64,000 bases of DNA from Octopus sinensis (lineage: Eukaryota): NCBI RefSeq assembly GCF_006345805.1, contig NC_043005.1, positions 32,736,001 to 32,800,000 of the forward strand. The letters run 5' to 3'. The notes under the pieces were generated by a model. That model worked only from the letters and a program-made list of their open reading frames with translations, did not search any database and was not told the DNA's origin. Below, piece after piece: positions 26,240-37,367 of this stretch. How positions within the stretch are numbered: position 1 is the stretch's first letter; every line of letters starts with the position of its first letter. The translations under genes were made by a program, and so were the position numbers.

Positions 26240-28745
26240 AGGGTTTGATCAAGTTTCAGAAAACCAGTGATGGTGATGAAGCTGAAGTAAGACTTACCCA
26301 GCACTTTGGATGTGAAGAAGAGAGCAATAGTGATGAACCTCTGTCTCCTACACAAGAAGAAGACTCTAATCTCTCTGATATTGGTAGCCCAGTGTCCAAT
26401 ATTACTGGCACCATAGATTTTGGCATTTTACGTACAAGAACCCCTGGTCAAAACCAGACATCATCTTCCACAAAAGCAACTGTAACTATACCACCTGGTC
26501 AACCTTATGCAGTTCCTTCTGGGCCCTCTGCTTTAGCAAACCGGCACACAGCTACTACTTCTCGAAATGGTAATTCCAATAGCGGTCAACACAAATCACG
26601 GCCCAAAAAGCCCAAACCAAAAACACAACCTAAAGCTAAAGTTATCAAATTCCATGAATACAAGGGTCCACCAAATATTGTGAAAAACATTCAAAATGCA
26701 GCACAAAATTTGGCTAATAATTCTGAAACTCCTTACCATATTCTTCTTCAACAACAGCAACTATTTCTTCAATGGCAGCTGCAGTTTCAACAGAAAAAGA
26801 TTTTGTCCAACTCGACTGCGTCCAGCTCTAAAGGGAGTGAAAATCAGGGAACATCTTCTGCCCCTCACAGTTCCTCTGGCAACATGGTTATGACTGGTTC
26901 CACCACATCACCAGCTAATGCAGCCAGCGTCACTGCTTCCACAAGTCAACCAAGTCCATCACCTCCACTGTTGCAGCAAAGACCGACACCATCACACACT
27001 CCACAGCCACAATCAACAAATCCTCACCACCATCATCACCACCACCATCACCATCATCACCATCAACAGCAGCAGCAGCAGCAGCAACAACAACAAAAAC
27101 AACAGCAACAAAAGCATCAGCAGATAAGCTTATTATCCCAAAACCAAGCCCATCCATCCTCACTCCCACAAGTGTCTCCAGCTTCTTCCCCATCACAAAA
27201 GACTGTAACTTCCATCACTGCACCAACAACAACCAAATCACTCTCCAATCTAGAAGACATGAAAGTTGCTGATTTAAGGGCAGAGCTAAAAAAGCGAAAC
27301 TTGACTGTGTCTGGTTCGAAACCACAATTGATAGAACGCCTTCGTAATTATTTGGAGATTAAGTCCAACAACACAAACCCAACAGTAACCAATACTTTAC
27401 TGGATAGTAATAGTAACCTTTCTCTGCAAGGAGTTCAAGCCCTGATATACTCTCCAGAAGAGTCCATGGTTACAAATATTACCCCTCCAAGTTCTCCTAA
27501 TTGTAAAGACAACTCAAACAAGTTATCTACAATCTCTTTCGATAAGATGGAGATATTGTCTAGCAACTTTCTTCTCCAGAAGAATCATCTTAACAGCAAC
27601 ACCATGAATAGCAACAGTAACAACAACAACAGCAGCAACAATAACAATAGCAGCAGTAGTAGTAGTAATGGTAGCAGTTCTGTGCCAATGACAGTGGATT
27701 CTGTGTCAAGACCACCTTCTGTAGCACCAAATGAAAATGCACCAATGGATGTTGACCAAGGGACTTCTCTTTCAGCAGAGCTATCTCCCAATGTCAATGG
27801 TGGGTCCAAAGCAGTTGGGGTGGTCTCTCCACAACAGCAGCAGCTACCAGTTCAAACTCAAGCTCAACAGAGAAATATTCTGGGCCAGGAAGAACTGGTT
27901 AAGCAACAACAGAAAACAATTGAAGCTCTTCAGCGCCAGTTGCATGAGTCACAAATGCAATTGCAGTTACAACTTCAGCAACAACAGTTAAAACTGCAGC
28001 AGCAGCAACAACAACAACAACACATCAATGTATTAAAACAACAACCGCCATCGCCTCAACAAGTAATGGCGGTGCACTCACCACCTCAGGTGGTCAGCGT
28101 ACAATCTCCACCACAGGTTATGAGTGTTCATTCACCACCTCAGGTAATGGCTCTACATTCTCCTTCTAGCATGATGGCTGTCCAGTCACCACAAATGATG
28201 AATGTCCACAGTCCTTCCCAAATTATAAATGTCCAATCTCCAACACAGATTCTCAATGTTCAGTCACCGAGTCAGGTGATCAACCCACAGTCCCCTCCTC
28301 AACATGTCATCACTGCTCAGTCCCCTCCTCAAATTCTAAATGTCATGAACATCACTGCTGCTGACTCCAAAGTGCCTATGGCTCCTGCCCTCCCTCACAC
28401 ATCGCCATTGCAGGTACAACAATCTCTCAAATCTCTTGGACTAACCCCAATTCCGATCTCAGCTCACTTACTTCAGACATCATCTCCCAGTGTACAACCA
28501 ACCCAAAGTCTACCTGCAGTGATTGTGACTACTTCAACTGCCACTACCGATATCAAACCCAACTTTGATGAATTATTTGGCAGTCCTCAACCACAGTTGA
28601 GTCCTGCCAGTCCTGTTGAGCTGGCTAATCTGGCTTTGAACTATTCCACTTCACCAGCATCTGTATCGCCATTCCTGATTAGTGTATCAAAAGACAGCTC
28701 AAGGGAAGGAAGTCCATCTCCAAAAGGTTTCATAGGTAGTCCCAG
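26240..28745 (+). CDS. MRTF: MRTF large central exon (B1 basic, Q-rich, SAP domain, leucine zipper)
   Basis: Lies inside ORF 26182..28992. Acceptor cctctgcag at 26239; phase-2 donor CCCAG|gtatag at 28745. B1 RPKKPKPKTQPKAKVIKFHEYKGPP (26599-26673); Q domain YHILLQQQQLFLQWQL (from 26734); SAP LEDMKVADLRAELKKRNLTVSGSKPQLIERLRNY (27250-27351); zipper QEELVKQQQKTIEALQRQLHESQMQLQLQL (from 27886). Confidence 0.93.
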
Positions 28746-29204
28746 GTATAGTAATGTTGTTTTTATTATTCTTATTCTTCTTCCTATTATTATATTATGG
28801 TGGCAAGCTGCTAGAATTGTTAGTGTTGAAAAAATGCTTTGCAGTATTTGTTCTGACTCTTCATATTTTGAGTTCAAACCCTGCGTATATCTTTTCCTGA
28901 GATTCATTAACGAAAGATATAGACATACATACATGTACAAACATGCTATCCTTAAGATAGCATGTTTTACATTGTGTCATATATTTCTATAGTGTATATT
29001 CATAAGTATACATATGGCATACATGTGAGAAGAATGCTGGCAAGTTATGCAACATGAATGAAGCTCAAGCATCAATAAAGGAAAATGTAATGTAGAGCTA
29101 TAAGATGAAATTTGATTATAGTCAAGAATATGCATTGGTAAAACAATGGAAAATTACTACCTAAATACTACCAGTAAATTTAAATATATATATATATATA
29201 TATA

Positions 29205-29516
29205 TCATCATCATCATTTAACGTCCGCTTACCATGCTAGCATGGGTTGGACGGTTCAACTGGGGTCTGGGGAGCCCGAAGGCTGCACCAGGCCAGTCAG
29301 ATCTGGCAGTGTTTCTACAGCTGGATGCCCTTCCTAACGCCAACCACTCCGAGAGTGTAGTGGGTGATTTTATGTGCCACCGACACAGGTGCCAGACGAG
29401 GCTGGCGAACGGCCACGCTCGGATGGTGTTTTTATGTGCCACCGACACAGGTGCCAGACGAGGCTGGCAGACGGCCACGCTCGGATGGTGTTTTTATGTC
29501 CCACCGACACAGGTGG

Positions 29517-29520
<4 letters not shown>
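29205..29520 (-). mobile_element. Young-looking RTE-type 3' end with 62-bp tandem repeats
   Basis: Homologous to 319-720. (TCA)n tail at about 29205-29216; near-identical 62-bp units start at 29369, 29431 and 29493 (third one truncated). Flanked on both sides by (TA)n. Confidence 0.85.
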
Positions 29521-29564
<44 letters not shown>

Positions 29565-29829
29565 TACTATGATGCATTTTTAATACAGTTAGGATTTGTC
29601 TCAAAACACAATATCATCATCAATACCATTATCCTATTTACCTTTGTGTGTAGTGAAAAATTGAGCCCATCTTGTACTCACGTTATTGTCAATGAAGTGT
29701 GTTCTTTGTCTATACATAGCACACAGTTATATAATTAAATATTGTCGCATGAAAAATGAAAGTGAAGTAGGCTGTTATGTAAATATATAGTAACAATATA
29801 ATCTTAGTATTACTTATATTAAAGCAATG

Positions 29830-30955
29830 GGCATACATACACAAATACGCCCCACCAGCTTTGTTTTCTCATAACTTTCAGGAAAATACATATTTTTTAA
29901 TGAAATTTGCTATAAATACACTTCAGATAGTGTAGATTACAATTATATTGAATTTGTTGGGTGGGGGGGAGAAAATTGGGGGAAAGGTGTTTCAAAAAAT
30001 TCCCACAAGTCAGTTTTGTTTCCTTATAACTTTCAACAAACATGCCTTTCAGAGTATGTAAGTTACAGTTATATAGGAATTTCATGTGACAAGAAGAATG
30101 GTGAGCATACACACACACACACACACATACTGACACACATCACAATTTTTTTCAAAATTTCAACTCATTTTGTAGATATACATGATGTGTATTAGTATAT
30201 ATGTGTGCTATCCCACAAATTTCTTTCATATTAAATTCTGATATAATTGTAGCCTGCACATTCTGAAAGGTATTTGTAGAAAATTTCATGAGAAAATAAC
30301 CATTTTTATGAAAGTTAGGAGGAAACAAAGCCAACTTGTGTAAATTTTCTGAAACTCTTCTCACTACCCTTGCTAAAATATTTTCACAACAAATTCTTAT
30401 ATTATAAGAGTCTACAAAATGTGCAAAGACTGTAGTCTGGTCATGAACACTTTGTTCTTGTCAGTTACTGTATATCATTTTGCATGCACTATCAGAAGTC
30501 CATAATAAACATATAATTGAAGTATACATACACAAACTTTGTTTCCTCATAACTTCTAGAAAATGGATATTTTTTCATGAAATTTCCTACAAATATGCTT
30601 CAGATGGTGTAAATTCCCATTATATCTGAATTTGTTGTGGAAAATATTTTTTCAGGAGAGTGAGGAGAGGAACTTCAGAAAATTCACACAAGTTGGCTTT
30701 GTTTTCACATAGCTTTTGGAAAATTTCTACACCCACCCTTCCAAAGTGTGTAGATTTTGATTATATCAGAATCTGTTTAAAGAAAAAAATATGTGATGTG
30801 TGTCAGTATGTATGTATGCTATAGCACCAATTGTTATTTTCATATCAAATTGTAATCTTTCTGAAGTGTATTTGTAGAATTTCATTAAAAAATATCCATT
30901 TTTTCTGAAAGTTATAGAAGCAAAGTTTTTTGGGTACATATGTGTAGGTATGCTG
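29830..30955. repeat. Modular foldback (about 1.1 kb imperfect palindrome)
   Basis: An approximately 100-120 bp module (TTTGTTTYCTCATAACTTT..ATGAAATTT..TACAAATA..TTCAGA) occurs in both orientations. 30127-30152 inverts with 30785-30810, 30332-30365 with 30659-30695, and 29830-29960 with 30830-30955. Confidence 0.7.
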
Positions 30956-31328
30956 CAGCTTACTCTGGCCAGTTACTATATATCATTGTGCATGCATTAC
31001 CAGAAGTCCATAGTATTTTTTTAAAATTATGATCGTAGACATACATACATACAGACAGACACACACACACACCTGGGTTCCACATGCATGTTGTAGGTGC
31101 CTCACACTGTATTGAAACCCAGAATCATTTGATTATAAAATCTAACACTCCGACCACATAACAGTACCTACACCAATCATGTTATGTATCCCTTTGGTAT
31201 GTCAATAAACTACATTATTTATTAGTTTTACTACTCTCAGAGAGAAGAGAACAGCTTTAATGTTTTTTTGTTGTTGTTTTTATAGTAATTACCATTATGA
31301 TTATTATTTGGTGTTTGTTTAATTTCAG

Positions 31329-31530
31329 TAGCGTTAGTATATCTCCTGTCACCTCTACATCAGCAAGCCAGGAGTCAACTACTGACAGTACAGTAGCCAG
31401 CACAAACTTAACCAATCAACCTGCAGCTAACAACGAAGTTAATCCTGCAACTGGCTCTTTTTTCTCCATCCCAATGAGACAACCTCCAAAATATGATGAG
31501 GCTGTTAAGAAAAAACATCAACTTTCTCAG
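31329..31530 (+). CDS. MRTF: MRTF exon with PPxY motif
   Basis: ttcag acceptor, phase 2, matching the upstream donor; CAG|gtgaat donor, phase 0. Encodes SVSISPVTST...MRQPPKYDEAVKKKHQLSQ, matching the MRTF PPxYEEA motif. Confidence 0.88.
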
Positions 31531-32011
31531 GTGAATTTTTTATTATTATTATTATTATTGTTATTATTATTATTATTATCAATTAAGGCGGCGAGCTGGC
31601 AGAATCGTTAGCATGCTCTCTTTTTACTCTTTACTCTTTTACTTGTTTCAGTCATTTGACTGCGGCCATGCTGGAGCACCACCTTTAGTCGAGCATATCG
31701 ACCCTGGGACTTATTCTTTGTAAGCCCAGTACTTATTCTATCGATCTCTTTTTGCCAAACCGCTAAGTGACGGGGACGTAAACACACCAGCATCGGTTGT
31801 CAAGCGATGGTGGGGGGACAAACACAGACGGGTGAAATGCTTAATGGTATTTTGCCCATCGCTACATACTGAGTTCAAATTCCGCTGAGGTTGACTTTAT
31901 CTTTCATCCTTTCGGGGTTGATAAAATAAGTACCCGTTGAACACTGGGGTCGATGTAATTGACTCATCCCTTCCCCCCAAATTACTGCCCTTGTGGCAAA
32001 ATTTGAAACCA

Positions 32012-32054
<43 letters not shown>

Positions 32055-32489
32055 GGTGGAGAGTTAGCATGAACATTAGCATACCAGAAAAATTGCTTAG
32101 TAGTATTTTTTCTGTCTTTATGTTCTGACTTCAAATTCCATTGAGGTTGACTTCGTCTTTCATCCTTTCAGGGTTTATAAATTAAGTACTAATTGAGCAT
32201 CAAAGTCATATAATCATCTAGCACCACTCTCCACAAAATTTCATGCCAGGTACCTATAGTAGAATGGCTTAATATAATTTTATTCAGGCTTTGTGCCTAT
32301 TATAGAAAGAAATAATAATTATAATAATAATTATTATTATTGTAGGAGGAGGAAAAAATAAAATGCAAATTGAATCTATTTTTCTTTTATTTAATTGATC
32401 TTACTTCAATATTGTTTATTACACCCTACCACTACCCAGTAATTTAAATAGTCTCATCACTGTATGTCTTTCTCTGTAAAATAGTTGTG

Positions 32490-33280
32490 AGGTTTGTCTT
32501 TCAGTTCATTATACTAATAGCAGACTTAGATAGGATAATGAACAATGTGTCCCCACTATGCAAACCCTATGAAACAAAGAAACATGTACAGAACTTCATG
32601 CACCACAGGCAGTTCTCTGGATATGATCAGAAAGATAGGGTTTGGGTTTACAGGGGAGCTAGAAAGAAGTTAGATATGTAATGAAACCAGTGATAACTGC
32701 CCTAGATATAGAAGTAAAAACTGGAATAGGATACAAAGAGTTTGTGACAAAGCAAATGGCGTACACGTGTTACAAGACCAACAAATATCAAGGCGTGATG
32801 TTTGTAGAGGTCACAGCCCATGGAGAACTAGCCCCAAAATTTAGGAAAGCTCTGAAGGAGGCCAAACTCAACCAAAAAATCATTGAAAAACCAGGGAGCT
32901 CCATCAGATCACAACTATGTAGGATGTACCTCTTTGAGAATACCATTGCACCAATGATAACTGCATTAACTGTAGAACTAGAAATGTAGTTTACAGCATA
33001 AAATGCATAGAGGATGCTTGTAAAGACAAGAACATGATATACATAGGTAAGACATCTAGAAGCATTGCGGAAAGACTAAATGAATATTTGAGACAATATC
33101 ACAACAAAAAAACAGTCCTCCATACTCTACCAACATGCCAAAGACCAACATGGAAGCACTTTGGGTCAACTTGATATCCACATTTTATCCAAACACTTGA
33201 AGGACCCAACACTCAGACAAATACAAGAGTACATTCTCATAAATGATATATCCCTAGCACTAAATAGGGAATATATGTAG
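32490..33280 (+). mobile_element. Penelope-like element 3' fragment (RT C-terminus, linker and GIY-YIG endonuclease), frameshifted
   Basis: From 32938: EYHCTNDNCINCRTRNVVYSIKC..C..MIYIGKTSRSIAERLNEY (VVY 32986, YIG 33040). After a frameshift: SSILYQHAKDQH..LDIHIL..DPTLRQIQEYILI..LN to TAG at 33278-33280. Upstream VMFVEVTAHGELAPKFRK..IIEKPGSSIRSQL is linker-like. Confidence 0.85.
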
Positions 33281-33299
33281 AAGATAGTCATACCCCAAT

Positions 33300-33349
33300 A
33301 CCCACAATTTATATATACATAGGTAGAGTTAGTAGGCTGTTATATAGAC

Positions 33350-33400
<51 letters not shown>

Positions 33401-33865
33401 GGTAAATTGACATCTAAGTAAACAGATAGAAAGGTACATAGTTAATACAGACAGATTAGCACATTAACACATGAAGACTGAAACACATGACCATATACAC
33501 ACATGCACATATGGAGACATATCCATACATAACAGATGCACATACATACACACACACACAAACCCATACACACACACTCAAACATGCACACACGAGGCCC
33601 CAGAGGTACACATAAAAACACACAAACAAACACAAACATGAACACAAAAACATGAATATGCAAAATACATATGTACATACAAACGTACACACATGCATAC
33701 ATATATATATGCATACACATGACAGATGCATGTACATAGTCACACAAACCCATACATGTAGACACACTCAAACATGCTCACACAAGGAGGCAGAGGTACA
33801 CCAACAAATACACACATGCAAACATACAAACACACATACATGCAGAATACATACATACACACATG

Positions 33866-33939
<74 letters not shown>

Positions 33940-33990
33940 TATACACACATACATGTATACACATGCACACTGATGCACATGCACACAAAC
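33300..33990. repeat. Degenerate CA/TA-rich low-complexity block with an internal duplication of about 190 bp
   Basis: The motif acagatgca..acaaacccatac..cacactcaaacatgc..cagaggtacac occurs at about 33530-33610 and 33720-33800. Confidence 0.75.
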
Positions 33991-34283
33991 AAAAAGGACG
34001 CAGCTCTTATAATGGACAGAGTCCATTGCAAGATGCAATGAAAATTTTAGAAAAAAATAAGTAAATGAGTGGAAATCAAACTGGTGAATGTGTCAAATAA
34101 TAAGGCATTAAAAGAGAATGACTCTCCCCAGACACAATAAAAGACAAAGATAGCTTTTTCTTTAAGGTTAGCATCTAAATAGATAACGTTCTCCTTCCTT
34201 CTCTCTCTCCCTTTCTCATCATAATCAAACACATTTGACAATCCTCCCTTTTCTTACTTAAATATACTTGTTTTTCTTCTTAG

Positions 34284-34455
34284 ACTCCAGTGTTTGTAAC
34301 TTTGCAAGATGGCGCTGTGGCAGCTAATGGTCTGGCCCAAAACCCCGCTCCAGCCATGGTTGCAAATGAAGCTGGCGCCAACAATCTCAACATCAATGTA
34401 TCAACCAAGAGTCAAGCTATGGATGATGTTTTAGAAATATTGATTAGAAATGGAG
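34284..34455 (+). CDS. MRTF: MRTF penultimate exon
   Basis: tttttcttcttag acceptor and GGAG|gttagt donor. 172 nt, phase 0 to 1. TPVFVTLQDG...KSQAMDDVLEILIRNG(E) matches the conserved SQxMDDLFDILIxSGE box. Missed by the ORF track. Confidence 0.92.
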
Positions 34456-35246
34456 GTTAGTCAGTTGGTTTTGGATTTGATTTCATATTTTATTTCCTGT
34501 CTTGCCAGTGGGAGTGGGGGTGTTTTCTATGAAAATACAGTTGAACATTTTGCTTCACCTTTCTATATTTATTCATTTATTGTTGGAGCCAGTTCTCAAT
34601 TGTTAATTATGGAAGTTAAACTCTTTGTACTTGAAAGTTTTTTTTTTTATAAAATTTGTGTGGAATTTCATTTATGCAGTTTGTACTTTACAGTACTTTA
34701 AAGCAGTCTGTATGTTGGATATAAACTATTTAAAAGTTATTTTGGAATGCTGTAATCAGAACTGATAACATTGGAATCGAATTTCAAATCCTCTGCTTTT
34801 CTATTTCAAATTCCACTTACCAAAATCTTAATCAACTAATGAGAAAATGTGACTTAATGATCAATCTGGCTGGATGTTTGTCACAGTCAAGTTATTGGTT
34901 GCTGTTGGGTTTGAATTATTCTAACAGAACTATTTTTAGGGTTATAAACTTGCATAAGTAAGTTTTAGCTCAATGTTAAGAAAACTAGTGGGTTTTGTTG
35001 CTTTATTATGTTGGTGTTTAACTTCAAATTTTTGTAAAAAGATGTGGCATTAGAAATTTCTGATTATGAAGAATTTTTGATGTAGCTCAAATTTTAAACA
35101 GACAAACTTTAACTGCTACAGATATTTCTTTATAATACATTTTAGGTTTTATCTCTTAAGAAATAGTATTAATGATACTGTTTGGTCAGTAAGTATAGAA
35201 ATGATTATATCAGTATTTTATTGTTTTGTTTGCTTGCTTATTTCAG

Positions 35247-35944
35247 AACTTCCTCCAAGTGCAGCACAAGAACCCCCTCCAACACCAAAAACAACAAGCC
35301 AGACGCCAACAACATCAACGATTACTGTAACCCAAGTTGTTGCCACCAGCAGCAGCACAAGTTCAGCATTTTCTGTGGCTACGATGTTAATGCCATCACC
35401 ATCATTGCCACTCCACAACAATGTATCTACAACAGCTGTTAATCAGCGACCTGTGGTGTCAGTGTTGGCACCAGTCTTGATAAAACAAGAACCTGATATT
35501 TCATCATCGCCACCAACCTTAACTTGTGATGGAACCAGCCACGAATTTGTTGATATTAATGACGTTCTTAGCCAAGATTTTAACAATATGGACTGGACAT
35601 CAGACAACAGCTTCCCCAGCTTGGATCTTCCAGATATCTTTACTGATCAGAAAATGACCAACTCTAGTGTGCCAATAATTAATAAAATAGATGCTGCCAA
35701 CCCCGGTTCTTCATCAGATTTAGATGTACTGAATTTACCACAAGACTCAGAAACCTCTTGCAACATGCAAATAGATGTATCGGACTGGTTGGATGCTTCC
35801 TTCTCTTCAGCATCACTCAACACACCCATCTCTTTCACATCATCAGACCCAATTCTAACACCCAAAACACAACAAGATGTTTTATTTAATTTTGTCGAAG
35901 CTGATTTCTCAAGTGTTTCTGATACTCAGTGTGGTATGGATTAG
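35247..35944 (+). CDS. MRTF: MRTF last coding exon (transactivation domain)
   Basis: tttcag acceptor, phase 1, giving GELPP; stop TAG at 35942-35944. Acidic tail with DVSDWLD and a LIKQE motif. The six exons total 3816 nt, divisible by 3 with no internal stop. Confidence 0.9.
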
Positions 35945-37123
35945 GCTAAGCGAACAAATCTGTTAATAATTTGAAATCGGTCGCCAATGGTTTGAATGGT
36001 GAGTTTTAGTCATGAATTAAACACACATTTAACTATCTTGGCTCTACTTCCAAGATTGAACCAGTTGGCAGCAGGATAAAGATAGCCTGCGATAATTATC
36101 AGAAGAGCTGTGTGTTTGATCTGCCAGCACAGCCATGGAGATCACTGTATAACTGCATTAACTAATACAGCACATTGGAATGTCGTTCACTGAACCTCAT
36201 ATACACTCACATAATTTTAGTACATCCTGCCTAGAAAGTGGAGGAGGGAGAGGTTTGGAGTTCATCACAAGAACATATTCTCTTACCCATTGGCTAAATT
36301 CTGGTACATAAAAATCTGGTTTTTGTTTTTGAGAGGAGTACAATCCTTTGTGGAATTAACTCTAGCTTTGGAGAAATTCATACTAGAAAGTTTTTGATTG
36401 CTCCAAAGGAGAAGTTTCTTCAGTAGAAGAGAAACCATTCTTTTTCTTTTATTATCATTATTTTTTTTAATACTTCTTTCTGAATTCCTCCCAAATTCCT
36501 CTTGCTTGTAATCTAGATGCAAAAAAAAAAATCACTGTTTTACAAATTTCTGTTTAGCTTTCTCTGACTTATTGACTTTTAAAATTTAAAAACAGAAAAC
36601 AACACTCCCCCACCCAACAAAAAAAAAACTGAACTTGAGATTTTAATGGTCCACTGCCCTTCTTCACTCAATGTGTCCTTCCTCTTCTTTCCTCATTGCA
36701 CAAATTAATCACTTGATAACTGTTCAATTTTGGCTCTTGCCCTTGCTCTTCCTTCCTTCTTTCTCTCCCAATCTTCATAGTTGACTGCTGGGAAGTATCT
36801 GTTATGGGGGAGACTTTACTATGCTCTCCTTCTTTTCTTTGTTTTACTCAATATACTAAATTACCAGCTTTATTCAGTGGGAACGACTTGTATTTTTTTG
36901 TACATGTAAGGTTTAATGATCAATGCTAAATAGTAAAAAAAAATGGTAAAAAACATTGCATTTTTGGTGAAGTTTAGGGAATGGGGGATATTGTGTACTG
37001 ACATGCATGTACACACCTACATGACTACACACATTCACACAACCAGACATCAATCAATGCATACACATTCAAACCCAGCTCTTCAAAGTTCTCTTTCTGT
37101 TGACACCTGAACACCCACATAAG

Positions 37124-37162
<39 letters not shown>

Positions 37163-37323
37163 TGGGTGCATCTACACAGTAGCTGATATTGAAGAAAGCT
37201 GCTATGTCCCAAACTGATAATTTCCCAAAGAAACTTTGGAAACTGTTTCTGTGAAATGGTCAACAAAGCACAAATGTATTTGTGATACCAGGACCAACAA
37301 GTGTGTATAATAAACAGGAGAAA

Positions 37324-37367
<44 letters not shown>

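Noticed and set aside
26930-27809. Antisense and alternative-frame ORFs over the large exon
   Set aside because: These are shadows of the CAN-rich and AAY/AGY-rich low-complexity codons.
29369-29520. CRISPR-like spaced repeats
   Set aside because: The entire 62-bp unit repeats with no unique spacers, there are no cas genes, and it lies inside an RTE-type 3' UTR of a eukaryote.
33442-34064. Cluster of 80-130 aa ORFs rich in C/V/Y/H/T (also 14703-15007, 19170-19442, 57218-57562)
   Set aside because: Translation artefacts of dinucleotide microsatellites.
37291-37297. miR-133 seed match GGACCAA in the putative 3' UTR
   Set aside because: A single 7-mer in 2.4 kb is not distinguishable from chance without conservation data.
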